Source of the DNA: Tubulanus polymorphus
Lineage: Eukaryota > Animalia > Nemertea
Assembly (NCBI RefSeq): GCF_964204645.1
Contig: NC_134026.1
Span: 9,509,950-9,573,949, forward strand
Length of the DNA stretch: 64,000 nt
Direction: 5' to 3'
Shown here piece by piece: positions 12,598-24,761 of the stretch; the stretch's first letter is position 1; every line of letters starts with the position of its first letter. The notes under the pieces were generated by a model. The model did not search any database and had not been told where the DNA came from. It saw nothing but the letters and a program-made list of their open reading frames with translations. Both the position numbers and the translations under genes were made by a program.

Positions 12598-13197
12598 TGG
12601 ACCAGATTCTTTGAATGTACCTCTTGTCAACCACTCACTACTATAGCTGAGCTTTTTATATCTTATGTGTGTAATACTACCCCGGCTATACCGTCTATTA
12701 TAATACACTTTTCCTGAGGCCGTCCGATCAAGGACCAATTTTATTGAGAGACCAGCGCTAATTCTGTATATTTATTAGCTTAGGGCTTTTGGCCCTTTTA
12801 TTGAATCTCCATTTTAGGTTGAACATGTTTTCTACAGATGACGTAGAGTTGCTTTATAGCAAGTGTTGAAATACATGTATTTAGGTTTAAAATGGTATTG
12901 AAGACATTTGAAATGTTTTCTACACTTTTTAACCAATTAGAATATTGAACATTTTTATCTGCTCAAGTTAGGGAGCATTCCAACAGTACGTGCGGTTCTT
13001 GGGGAGGGGTAAGCAAAAAATTGACTAACTTCGTATGGATGGAGTTAAAGATACTCTAGTCAGGTATTTGCTGTTTGACAGTTCAAAAGAAAGGAAGAGT
13101 GGTTATACACCCAATTTGCTTTTCAGCAGCATAAGTTACTTTGAGAATTACACGATTATACATGTATCTATTGAAATTTATATATGTAGTTAGCTGA

Positions 13198-14325
13198 AGG
13201 CTGGCTTATGTCGACAACCAACACGACGCCTACCGACGCAACTGGGTTTATCGCCGATTAGCGGCAACTATCGACCTACGATAGTTTGCTACTCTTATCG
13301 GTTCGACGTAAGCCCATCCTCGCTTGCCAGGGGTGTCGGTATCACTCCCGAACTCGCTTCCACCAGCCCCCTGGCCTCACGACGCGTGATTTCATTACTG
13401 GCGCTGTTGCGCATGACATCATATATCGATTTGCGAAATACTTACTTGTTCGGTAAAACGTTCGCTGATTGGTCCATTTAACGGGAAAACCAACAGAAGT
13501 CTACTGTCGTTTGTTACAAGCGCTGTGATTGGTACGACCGGATTCTGGTCGGCTAGTAATGACTCCAACGAGTCGTGAGGTCAAGGGGTTCGGGGAACAG
13601 CTTTAGCGTAGTGGGTTCGAATCCCTTGACGGGTGAAGATGACATAAGCCGGGTTGCGACGGCAACCCGACGCCTACCGACTCGTCGCAGGCCGTATCCG
13701 GCTAGTTGCCCATTTTCTACTCCGGCCTGCGGTAGGCGACGCGGACAGTTAGTTGCTTTCGATCGCATAATCGACATAAGCTTATCTGCAAAGCAATGGA
13801 ACTGAGCACAGGAATTCCAGCCAATCAGAGACCGAATATACAAATTTTGGCCGATAGTTTGCGTTATTAGTATCTTGTCACAAACTATCAAATTTCAGTA
13901 GTTTCAAACGGAAACCAAACCTTCAGCATGGCAAATGACTGGACCGAAGATCTAGAAACGAAATTGATAGAATTATGTTGTAGCGGCCCTCTATATGATG
14001 TCGCTAGCACATTGTATTAAAGAGGAATCAGAAGGATGGAGATCTTAAAGAAATAACTTTCGTTATAGAAATATATTTCCCAACAATCCGAAATGATTAA
14101 AGTTTATTCTCAAAATGCTTATCACGTGACCATCTGAGCCGCTTCAGTTGCCAATAATCGTAACCGACATAAGCAGGGAAGCAACTGGTCGGATCTCGTA
14201 TCCCGCTAGTCGGCCTCAGTTGCTGCGAATCGGAGCGCAGTCGACATACGCTGGGCTGCGACGCGGTTGCCCTCAGTTGTGTCTGTAGGGGTCGGTAGGC
14301 ATCGCTTGTCGACATAAGCCAGCCT
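13198..14325 (+). mobile_element. Non-autonomous PIF/Harbinger-like element with a Myb/SANT(MADF)-like remnant
   Basis: 20-bp TIR AGGCTGGCTTATGTCGACAA / TTGTCGACATAAGCCAGCCT; flanks TGA/TTA (TWA-like). 13928-14050 reads MANDWTEDLETKLIELCCSGPLYDVASTLY*, a MADF-like start typical of Harbinger accessory proteins. Confidence 0.7.
13315..13641. mobile_element. Mutator-like MITE (CATC...GATG termini), nested in the Harbinger element
   Basis: 9-bp TSD ACGTAAGCC / ACATAAGCC (8 of 9 match); imperfect TIR CATCCTCGCTTGCCAGGG / CCCTTGACGGGTGAAGATG; body recurs at 37465 and 54040. Confidence 0.75.
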
Positions 14326-14360
14326 TTAGAATTTAGTGATCTGTTATAAGAGGCAGAATT

Positions 14361-14961
14361 CATCTTCTCCCGGTAGGGATTCGAAAACCTGATGGCATCG
14401 AGATTACCACGGCACGAAACCCTGCGGCCCTAGACCTAGTGAAAAGTAACTAAAATATCAGGATTCGAACATGAAACCACGTGAGTGTAAGCATAATGTT
14501 ATCTCACGGCGCTAGCGATGCTAGTTTGCAGAACTACGGGTTTTATAACTACATATAGTCCTACCCTAAGCTACCTGATAGTTATAAGCTGTAAAGCCTC
14601 ACCAAACCCTTATCCTAATCCTAAAGCCCCACCTTACCCTAACCCTAAAGCCTCACCTTACCTTAAACCCTCAACTCTTCTGATCTTATCGATTGAAAAA
14701 GCCGCCATTTTGTGTACGACTCGGTTATAGGATCTACCGTTTGATTAGCCAATTTACATTTACCGTTATGATTAGCCAAAAATGCAGAAATCCCGATTAT
14801 TTTAGCCCGGGTTTTCCCATTTAAAGTTCTTTCTTGAAATTTGCCTCCGCGATTATACAATGGGCAATCTGACCCGGTCTCACCCCGGTCTAGTGTGGCA
14901 GGGGTTCGTGCCGTGGTTGAGTGTAGCGATGCCATCAGGTTCGAATGCCTGCCGAGGGATG
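14361..14961. mobile_element. Mutator-like MITE (CATC...GATG termini) with an internal insertion
   Basis: TSD GGCAGAATT / AGCAGAACT (7 of 9); arms match those of 52143-52481; contains degenerate CCTAAC repeats at ~14600-14670. Confidence 0.7.
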
Positions 14962-16477
14962 AGCAGAACTGAGTCGATGTGAAATCTCTTTTCATGAAAA
15001 CGAATAAGTCTGCAAGTTTGTGAAATATCTTATAATGTAAAATGAAGACCATTCTGGTCTGGTTACTCATAAGGATTTGGATTATGTACAGATGTGCATT
15101 GTGCATGCTACACTAATTGGCTCTTAAAACCTAGTCGTAATATATAATTATATATAATAATATATAATAATATATAATTTATATATTATATATTTAATAT
15201 ACAATATAATGTATGTATTTTCTATATTGTACCATATAAAAAAGGCCCGTGTTTTTCTCGACCAGTATTTTGAACTAACTGTATAATGTATTTCCAATAA
15301 ACTATCATTTCCCAGTACCGATTCCGAATAACTGATGCGTCACATACAGTATATCCTTGGAGTAATCAGACTGGATCCACAAAGGTATATCAGTTACGCT
15401 TTTATTGTATCGACTAGTTAGGGCATATACCCATACTAGATAAGCGTAGCACGGTAGCATATATATCACATAGAACTTTTATTCAGAGCAAATGAAGCTT
15501 GTTGCTTGTACTGGTGGATTTGGTACCGGTGTACATGTATTCTCGTTTACTCGCTCCATGTACCGTGATTGAACTTATCATGCATTATTCTCAATAAATA
15601 TACGTAAATGCAATTAATTGACACTGGTGTATTATATTTTACTATCGGCACAGTTATTGCTTTCGTCTCGAAGGAACATGTGAGGATGAAAATACACTTA
15701 GTTTAAGGTAATTTTGGGACCAGTGATTATACGTATGACTATTGGTTTATATGGAGAGTCCCACTCAATAAAACGAGAAAGATAACTCTGAAAAGTGTAA
15801 TTAATTATGGCATAGATATTCTGTCAAAACGAAACATCAAATTTCCGTGAAACTCATATTTTACTTGTTAAACTTTCATTTTTTTACCCCTCAAACATTA
15901 ATTTTTTACCAGTCAAAACTAAACATCGAATTTGCTCGTCAACTTCGCCGAATTTGCAATTCAACATAAAATGTTCGTCAAAACATAGTTACTGACGCGT
16001 CAAACATGATCTCACATATTCTGACAAAACTACGCTATCGTAGATATACTGTCAAAACTCTCATCATTTGACGGGTCAAAATCGCTATCGCAGATATACT
16101 GTCATAATTAAAACTTTCCTATTTGCCAATCGCCCGTCAGACGCAACGTAAAATACATCGCATTTCCCGTCAGTCAAACACACCAATTTTACCTCTGTCA
16201 AACACAACAATTTTATCAGTCAAAAACATCGTGATTACTCGTCAAAAACATCGTTTTTACCCGTCACCCATCTGGATGAATATTTGGACCTCACTGAGTT
16301 TCTCATTGCGACTGTAACGAAGATGCCGTTGACATCGAATGCTGGGATGCAGAATTTGACAGGCAACCAGTCTAACTTTAAGCTTAAACGGCGCACTTTT
16401 ACGGACCTCTCCAAAGCGACGTGATGGGTGATAAGAGGATTGCTTTGCAACATTACGGATCCCCAAGTTCACTATTG

Positions 16478-16618
16478 AACTAGGGGTCCAGAGACATCGA
16501 ATGTGAAGTCAATCTTTTGAAGCGTCTTCCAAATTCCCAAAATAACTGGATTTCGTCTACGGACGAACGGACACTGGACGAAAAGTGAACGCGTTAGTGC
16601 TCAAGTGGGCTAAAAAGT
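16478..16618 (-). mobile_element. Internally deleted copy of Helentron/HINE family B
   Basis: CAAGTGGGCTAAAAA and AACTAGGGGTCCAGAGACA are reverse complements of the two ends of 24762-26026. Confidence 0.65.
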
Positions 16619-16804
16619 AAGGATCAGGCACACGCTCTCATCAACCACAGTCTAGAAAAAGAAAATAAATGGGAACAGTGAAATGATATGTTTTTGATGG
16701 GTAAATACGATGTGTTTGACGGGTAAAAACGATGTTTTTGACGGGCAAATATGTTGTGATTGAGGGACGATTGGCTGAAGTTTTAATTTTGGACGTATAT
16801 CTAC

Positions 16805-18070
16805 TGATACACCGGTCACAATCCTCTCTTTAATCGTTATCTATAAAATACTTGAGTAAGGCCCTGGCGAGAGAACGTGTCCGTGCACAAATCCGAATGA
16901 ATAAACTGAAATACCGGATGATAATATTGAAGATAATATATTTTATTTACCTTGAACCTGAGAATGATTTTCCTAATCCCTATTATATGAATCCCTATCG
17001 TTCCGAAGCTTCTCCTGTCCTGCTGTCGACACTCGTCTTACTAAGGTACAGATTCTCCCGATTGACTGCTCTCTCAAGTTGCGGGTCCCTTTTATAGAAA
17101 GAATCGGCATTCTTAAAATACCGACTCTCCCACTCGACTTTTGGCAAGGAGCAGCAACCTTACTGTCATGACTGTTTTGGTCATATAGAATTTGGCCTTA
17201 ATGATTCGCTGATCTAAAATTATTTTCAAAACTGATTTGCTAAACTAACTTTTTCCTTCCAACCCTCCTGTCATGACGCGTTGTGATTTACTCACTCCTT
17301 GCTAGTCGTTGTTGAGAGAGCAGCTATTGTCTGTGAATTACCAACGAGCGCATACAGACAACAGAAACTTCAGACAGCTAGTTTTAACATTTAACACAAA
17401 TTAATTTTTCTAAAACATTAGCGATTATTAACAATTTGTTCTTAAACAACATCTAGATTACTCAAATTAAATATCTTTTCAAAACTTTGTTTTCTTTTCT
17501 AATTACAGTACAAATTCATTGTTTCTTTTTTTTAAAATTATTATTAATTGACTACGATTCGGAATACATTGTGATTGATTATCAATTCTTAAATTATTTG
17601 AAATACTTATACTAATTATTTTATCTACAATTTAACTAATTCTATTTTAATACAGGATAAGCAAAACAACCACATCTTCCTAAACTTCCGGTTTTTCCTT
17701 TTACGGAAAGTAGCCGGGAATATCATCAAGTATCAGCGTGATCCCTTCACGAGCCTCATTATAAATACACTCCATTGTTCCGACCCAACCAAATATAGTT
17801 CCAACTATTTAAAAGTTTTATATAAAGATTTTCTGAATGTTTGCCAGATCTCACAGAAGAAGAACCGAGAAAGAATTGTTGTTTATAGACTGATTTATGG
17901 TTTGCGTTGGTAGATGAAAGCATCAAACAAGAACTTTCGTAATTCTTACTACTAGTACGTTCTTGTCTGACGGCTTTAACGTAACCCCCACGCATACGGA
18001 AACAACATTAAGAACATTTCTAAATACTACGAAACATTTTCAAATACTACGAAAATCTAGCTGTGGATCA
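16805..18070 (-). mobile_element. Solo LTR (Gypsy-type, 1266 bp)
   Basis: TGATACAC...GTGGATCA termini (TG..CA, 7 of 8 inverted); 4-bp TSD CTAC at 16801-16804 and 18071-18074; on the minus strand a TATA-like CTATAAAAG (~17090) lies upstream of AATAAA (~16945). It splits a host motif ATATCTAC|GATAG. Confidence 0.75.
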
Positions 18071-19897
18071 CTACGATAGCGAGTTTGACGCGTCAGAACA
18101 TTCAGTTTTGACAGAATATCTACGATAGTGATTTTGACGCGTCAAACGATAATGAGTTTTGACAGTAAATCTACGATAGCGATTTCGTTTTGTCAGAAAG
18201 TTTGACGGGTAAAAAATCATAGTTTGACCAGCAAAATATGACAGTTTGACCACAGGGGCTCGTATCATAAGTTTGGGGGTGAACTGTAGCTTAGATCATC
18301 CAGTATCCCTGGTACTATATATATAAAAAGATCTTTCTTTTTATATATGTAGTACCAGGCATACTGGACTGGATGAATTGTATGTTCATCTGTAATAGTT
18401 TAACGATGAATTGCGAGATGAGCTGCCAACTAAACAGTTCGAACTTCTGCACGATAAAAAATACATTTTACGCTAGTTGGCAAATCATATGAACGCTAAT
18501 GATAAGAATATCAGATTTAATGACAATGAGATCTTTTTCTGATTGGATGAGAAATTGTTCAAGGTATGAAAATCTAGCTAGAGTATAGTGGTCATGAATT
18601 AGTTAATGGAGTTTGATTTTACGAATTGTTAATTCCACGCAATTTCTATTTCTCAGTGATAGTCGTGTAGTTTTCAGACATCACTCGCAGAGATGGATGC
18701 GACTTTCGGTGTGAATTGGACCGCAGTCGCTACGACAACCGTCAGGGGATTCAGACCGCATCCCAGATGCAAATTTATCCATCATTCCGATTACAAACCG
18801 TTTTACTTGAACATGTTTTACCGGATTAAGAATTGGGTCATCGTTAGCGTCGCTGCGTTTGTAGACTGGTCCATGGGTCCCAAAAATGGACTTTTCGCTT
18901 GAGTGGAAACCCATATTCGTGAATTTTTTTTTGAAGGTAGCCCTTGATCTCAAGTACCGGGATCCAATTATCATTGGTCAAAATTTTGCAGGCGTGACCT
19001 TGAAAATCAGTGCTATAGCAACTACTATTCGTTAATTTTAATGTCGTTTCCATGATTAAAACACTATCATTTGGGCATGGATATCAAAACGGATGGTTAA
19101 ATGACTTACTGATCTGACAAGTTCAGCCAAGGTGTAAACTCGGTATTATATTAACTCTTCAAAAAATTCATTGTTGGAAACACATGGAAACGCATTAATC
19201 ATATACTTTGGTTACATACAGAACGATGTCACTCATTATTTGAGTATATTTCGTTGGATACAAAAATATTAAACAAATAGAAATAACGTTTTGTTGAAGA
19301 AGGGTTGACGACGCATTTAACGACACCGAGTTTGAGAAATTTGGACTTTCCACCTAGATTCTATGTACCCCTGAATCCAATAATTTGCATATTTTTGGTG
19401 GCAATGTTGGCAACATTACGTAGTTAAATATGTTAGTAATTGAAACAACATTTTTTCGATGTACCATTCCAACATTTTATTGTGAGTAACCCACCGATAA
19501 ATTATATGATACCCATCCCCCATTGTTAATGTACTGTAACCATGGCAACATGGGAGTATTAAGTATATAGTTTTCATTCAACTCGAATTCCTTGATAAAT
19601 TTGCCATGTATTGGTATTATCGGAAACATTTTGTCGTTTGTGATTCTATGTAAAGAAAACCGGAAAAAATACGACCATACGTTACAATTCAACCACTTGA
19701 TGAAAAGACTCTACCGGTACACGCAACAAGTAGGTTCTTTTTTCGGCTTTGGCCGATTGTTTAACTGACAATCAAGATATAGATAGGACAATTTACTAAT
19801 TAACAAATCGCTTAGATATTAGCAATCATTCAATATCTTGTAATGTTTGACGAGAAAGTCTTCTAGTGTAGATATTTTAGGGCCCCATATGCACTTA

Positions 19898-20330
19898 TAT
19901 GGTGGCTGATTCGGGCCATACTAAAAAACTTTTCGGTACGGCTAGAGCAACGATGAAAAAATTTTCACAGTGGCCCGTTTTTTTGGTTTTCTCGTGCGAG
20001 AATTCAAAACTTTTGGTTTTCTCGCGCGAGAATTCAAAACCAAAAGTTAGAATGGGACAGGCAGCCAGTCTACGCCTTTTATAGAAATCTGGACGCTCAT
20101 TGGCCAGTAGTGATATCACTACGCGCGAATTAGGCCAAGAGCGCGCGCTAAATAGAACGCGAATAGAATAGTTAAACAGGAAGATTGATACTCCCAGAGA
20201 TAAAATATCAATACACGCGCTAAAAATACCAAAAGGATAAATTTGAAAGGTTAAAAGCGGAATTTGAAAATCAAACCCGAGTTTGATATCCGCGCGCAAA
20301 TAGTGTGCCGCCTACTAATAGCAGGCTCAA
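19898..20330 (+). mobile_element. Orphan left end of an IS3EU-like element related to 56564
   Basis: TATGGTGGCTGATTCGGGCCA versus TATGGTGGCTGATTAGGGCCA at 56564, followed by an A-run and GCGC-rich subterminal repeats (30-bp unit twice at ~19980-20040); no right end found. Confidence 0.6.
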
Positions 20331-21679
20331 TTCGCTGATGAAAACATATCAAACTAACGAAATATGATAAAAGTGGGATTATGACACAACAAAACGGCAG
20401 TTCAAAAGTAAAAAGCGATAACCAAGGAATAGACTACAGGTAAGTAACCAGAATGTCATAGCGCGAATTTACGATAAAAGCCGAATAAAAAGATGTGATC
20501 GTGCTATTTGCCGACAGAAACCGACCTAAATCCCCAACCCGAACGCGAATAGACCGTGACGAGACGCCTGAAAAATTTTACAGTATTACAACGGTCATCC
20601 TTATTACCGAGATGACGTATTTTAGGCCTATATATATATACTTATCAAATCGCCCCACCCGGAGATATCGAGCCGGAGGAAAGGATGAGATGTTGTAACG
20701 AAAATGAACTGGAGATGTTAAACACGGTCCACGTTCACCCAGTCCTGGCAGTGTGGCTGTCTCCACAGCGTATTTACGTTGCTCTACGATCCTGTGTAAC
20801 CACCCACCTAATTAGGCACTTGTACATTCTGCCAGCTCACAGTGTAACAGTCGACAACGCGAAACTGTGATCGATCGATTGTGCTTTTGTTTAACACTCC
20901 GTGGTATTTCCGGGTTTCCCGGGAACCCCGATGACGTAGATACGCGATGACGTCATCACGTGGAAGCTTTTAAGATGGCGGACATTTTCGTTTTTGTCTC
21001 GTGAAAATCGAGCAAGTATTTCCTATTTTTCGTCAACCATGAAAAATTAAGGTGAGTTCAACGCCAATTATTTCATTTGCGTGATGTTTCATTTTCTCAA
21101 AAACGCCATCCCTCTTTACTGTCATGTGTTTTAAAGTTAGTAAATGTGATTTTTAAGAGGGGATCGATTCCGCACTTGACTTAAAATGATCCGCCAATTG
21201 AAGAGTCTAGACGGGTCGAAGACGAAATCCGCCATATTGGACATGAAAACGGCCTGATTAATTCTCCTTATTACATTAATTTATGGTATGATACTTGTTC
21301 AAAACCACTTTTATTTAGTGAATTTGAGTGTTTTAAATTTGTTACTGGAGTAAAGAAATCATTTTAAGTTTCTGAAGTATGATTTTGAAGTGCTTTTTGA
21401 GGTGTTTACAATTTTCGTGATTTGATCATGTGACCGCTATACTGTGCTGCGATTGGTCTAGACCACACCAAAATAAAAACATTAACACGTGCTTTGTTTT
21501 CCTAGAGTTTTTAGGCTGATACACTGTTTATTTCTATGTTTTTGAATGAACAAATCAGTGGAGTATATCAACCAGATCTTCGAAACTGAAATTATATGGC
21601 CTATTTTGTCAAAAACGTATAAATAAAAGCAATTTAAGCATTTATTTTATTACGAGAAATTTATTTCTTTATTTTACAG

Positions 21680-22579
21680 ATGGATGCCCTTACAGAACAA
21701 TATACTATATCTCCGGATGCACCTCAACCAGTAGAATGTTTGAAAAATGGGCACATTCAATTTCTCAAACAGAAGATTTCAAGTAGGCCTACCGGTACCA
21801 AGTCAAAAAACTCTGTAAATTCTGAAGTTGCTGATGATCTGAAAACTTGCGTTTGTGATCCAGCGCAATTGCCTGATCATAAAAATTTGGTCTCTGCCAT
21901 AGGCCGTTCTATTGATAAGTTCAAGAAAATTAAGAACCCCACCAGAGATATTTTGAAAGTGGAGCAGTTATTCAATGAGCGTTTCAAACTCCCAGCAAGA
22001 GTTCATTTAACAGAACCAATTGTTGAAGTGCCAGTGACTCCGGATAGTGTAGCTACGCCAGGTACAAGTGATTTAACTCTCACCACTCCGGGACAATCTG
22101 AGCAGCAGTCATGTAAACGTTGTATGAACTTTGGCTCTTCATACTCGCCTTCTCCAAAAAAATTTAGATTTGATTGTGCCAAATGTGTGAATCAGCGGAT
22201 TGCAATTAAGGAGGTCTCTAAGTCGAAACGCAGTCTTATGTATCAACTTAAATCTACAGCGTCATCCAGAACAGTTCAGCAGTCACTTAATCATAAGAAG
22301 AACATTGAAAGCAGTTTACGTGCTAAGGCTAAAGCTCTACGTGGAGACCTGAATCAAAAGGAGCGTAAGATTAAAGCTTTAGAAAAAAATGTTGCAACGT
22401 TTCAGTCAGAACTTGATAATAGTGAACATTCAAAAGAAATTTTGGCGGCAAAGTCTCAAATTGACATTTTGTTAAAAAAACAAAAAGAGATGCAGTTGAT
22501 AATAGATCGGTTAGAATCGCAGAATTCGGAATCTACAAGTAAAAACTTGTATATTTGGAATCTACAAGTAAATACCTAA
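21680..22579 (+). CDS. 299-aa ORF, probably the truncated N-terminus of a transposon protein (CxxC pairs and coiled coil)
   Basis: ttttacAG immediately before the ATG and an upstream donor AG|GTGAGT (~21051); CKRC and CAKC, then a heptad-rich tail; ends abruptly at repeat-derived DNA; no catalytic motif visible. Confidence 0.45.
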   Translation: MDALTEQYTISPDAPQPVECLKNGHIQFLKQKISSRPTGTKSKNSVNSEVADDLKTCVCDPAQLPDHKNLVSAIGRSIDKFKKIKNPTRDILKVEQLFNERFKLPARVHLTEPIVEVPVTPDSVATPGTSDLTLTTPGQSEQQSCKRCMNFGSSYSPSPKKFRFDCAKCVNQRIAIKEVSKSKRSLMYQLKSTASSRTVQQSLNHKKNIESSLRAKAKALRGDLNQKERKIKALEKNVATFQSELDNSEHSKEILAAKSQIDILLKKQKEMQLIIDRLESQNSESTSKNLYIWNLQVNT

Positions 22580-23340
22580 ATTTTGATACCCTACAAGGCA
22601 TGGTTAGGTTAGGTTGGGTGAAATCGTTAATTCAATATGGCCGCCATCAAAAATCCAATATGGCCGCCTAATAACGCACAATTTGGCTTTATTTGTTCTA
22701 ATTTCTGTATAACTGATGTGTTATGATGTTGCAACTTGTTTTCTGGGCACTGTTATCTTAAAGAAATGTTTGCAAAGCTCAGTTACCCTTTAGACGCGAA
22801 ACTCACATCGAAGGTCATATGAAGTTCAAGGTCATGGTGACCTTAGTCAAGGTCAAGGATATTCAAAAATTTCGTCTCGGGTTGAAAACCTTTGAATGTA
22901 TGTCTGCTGAAAATTTCATGTAGTTATCTTTACTGTGAGATAAGTTATGGCTGTTTCAGTAAGAAATCTCATAAAACAATCACAGTTTTTCAGTCTTTTG
23001 TCTTAGTTAAATCAAAGACAAAAATCGACTAATTTCCATACACTTAAATTTTAATATTTCCGCTACTACTGTCTGTCACACCTACTCTCCGTGCGATGTT
23101 TTGGTCCGTAATTTCATTAATAATCGGTTTATCTACCTTTATTATGCATCAATTTGTTCAGTGAGGAATTTGCATTCAGAAATAAACAACAATTTTCACT
23201 TAAGTTGTTTTTGTTTTCATTTATGAGCGATAGTTTACTCAGCATACGCTCGCGTAATGCTGAAAAATCCGCTCCGCGGACGCTCGGAAACGTTACAGTG
23301 ACGTCATCACCTGCTCATTAGCATATCAAAATACAGTAGT

Positions 23341-23591
23341 AATTAGATGGATTGGCAAAAAGACTCCTTAAGTCCAGTTGAATGAGAGAGAAAATTTTGT
23401 CAAATTTCTTGAATTTTTACATTGTCACCATGCCTACGAAATGAAGTTATTTTTCTTGTGGGGTCTCAACAACTAAATCAGGGTGGCGTAGGCATGGTAA
23501 CAATGTTCAAATCCAAGAAATTTGACAAAATGGAGGATTTTCTCTCTCATTCAACTGGACTTAAGGAGTCTTTTTGCCAATCCATCTAATT
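23341..23591. mobile_element. Near-palindromic MITE (arms about 100 bp)
   Basis: AATTAGATGGATTGGCAAAAAGACTCCTTAAGTCCAGTTGAATGAGAGAGAAAAT... is mirrored at the right end; outer AATT on both sides. Confidence 0.85.
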
Positions 23592-23754
23592 GGTACAGAA
23601 CTGGAAATATATCGGATATTCAGTTGTTGTCCGCGATTTTTGGCATTCTGTTAAGACATAAATGAGGTATGTACCCCAAAAAGTAAGCAAAATATCCCAG
23701 AAAAATAGGTCTCATCCATTAATAAATAGACATTAGTCAGTAACCTGTCTGTGG

Positions 23755-24618
23755 CAGAGATGCTAGTTTTCCGGAAAGATCCGGAATTCCGGAAATTTAG
23801 GATCGCCGATGTCAATTCCGGAAATTGGGTGAGAATTCCTCGCGGCGACCAGTAATGGCACGGACCGTAAAAGCATTCGTTTGCTTGTACTCGTCGTCGC
23901 TTCTGTGTTATTTTATCTTGGTCTCTGTTTCCGAGGACGTTCTGCTACAATGTATATATGTGTGCTTGTTGTGGTATCTGTGCGTGCGTAGGCGGAGCGC
24001 CACTGTTGTGACGCCATTTCCAATTAAAAGTCAATTATCTTTACGCGCTGTTGTACATCGTCCCGCTGACGGCCAACAATGTGAACATGCACGTGGTACT
24101 AATTAAGATGATATCTAATAAATATCATCTTAATTATTACCACGTGCGTGCTATGTCCTGAGGCACGCAGCTTTGAAACTTTCTTTTTGCCTGCAGCTGT
24201 CAAGCGGGACGGTCTGCAAAATGAGCCCGCACGGAAAGATTGTCAGTCGGGAGTCGGCCGATATAAAGGCAATTGACAGCGGTATAAAAAATAAATTTAA
24301 CTGGCACTGGCTAGAGTGTAAGGACAGTAACGGGGACTACTTATCGAACTACATTCGTAAGTTAGACTTAGCTGGCGTGGCGTACTGCGTCGTTTGTAAA
24401 CACCAGGTCAAATACGGTAGTGGCGGGAAAAAAAGATATTCTTCGTCACCCGGATAGCGCGCGGCATAAGCAGCGAGGGATGTGAAGCACAACGAATGCC
24501 TGCCGTCGTATTTTCATATACCCAGATCGCTCTAGAACGCATTTCCGGCGATGCAAAAACGCAAAAAGACACCCGTTCTAAATTCCGGAATTTTGGTACT
24601 TTGGCCCTAGCATCTCTG
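23755..24618 (+). mobile_element. Deleted hAT-like element with 6-bp TSD and transposase N-terminal fragment
   Basis: TIR CAGAGATGCTAG / CTAGCATCTCTG; TSD CTGTGG at 23749-23754 and 24619-24624; 24221-24440 encodes KNKFNWHWLE...GVAYCVVCKHQVKYGSGGKK (BED-like zinc-finger start). Confidence 0.85.
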
Positions 24619-24761
24619 CTGTGGTTTAGTTTCACGATCGGATATTTTCACAAACCACAGTCAGGAATGGGAAGGTCTTTTTTGTATGAAATCTTCGTCA
24701 GCCAATTTGACTGACGAGTAATTTGCCTGGCATTTCATTGTCTCTTAAGATATCCGTCTAA

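Larger units (their letters stand above)
15810..18287. repeat. Foldback-like DNA-transposon remnant built of short repeated motifs
   Basis: Left arm repeats GATATTCTGTCAAAAC and TTTTTACCCGTCA; the right part repeats their reverse complements. The right end reads TA-CAGTTCACCCCCAAAC on the minus strand (Tc1/mariner-like); no matching left terminus found. Confidence 0.5.

Noticed and set aside
8958-12738. Antisense and alternate-frame ORFs over the zinc-finger exon
   Set aside because: Shadows of the real CDS and its repeats; no independent motifs.
14600-14670. Interstitial telomere
   Set aside because: Only degenerate CCTAAC-like units inside a small repeat insertion.
15138-15215. AT-only tract
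   Set aside because: Low-complexity microsatellite with no further structure.
18681-19053. Cys-rich minus-strand fragments ending in HLCE (lectin-like?)
   Set aside because: Multiple stops and frameshifts, and no convincing domain signature.
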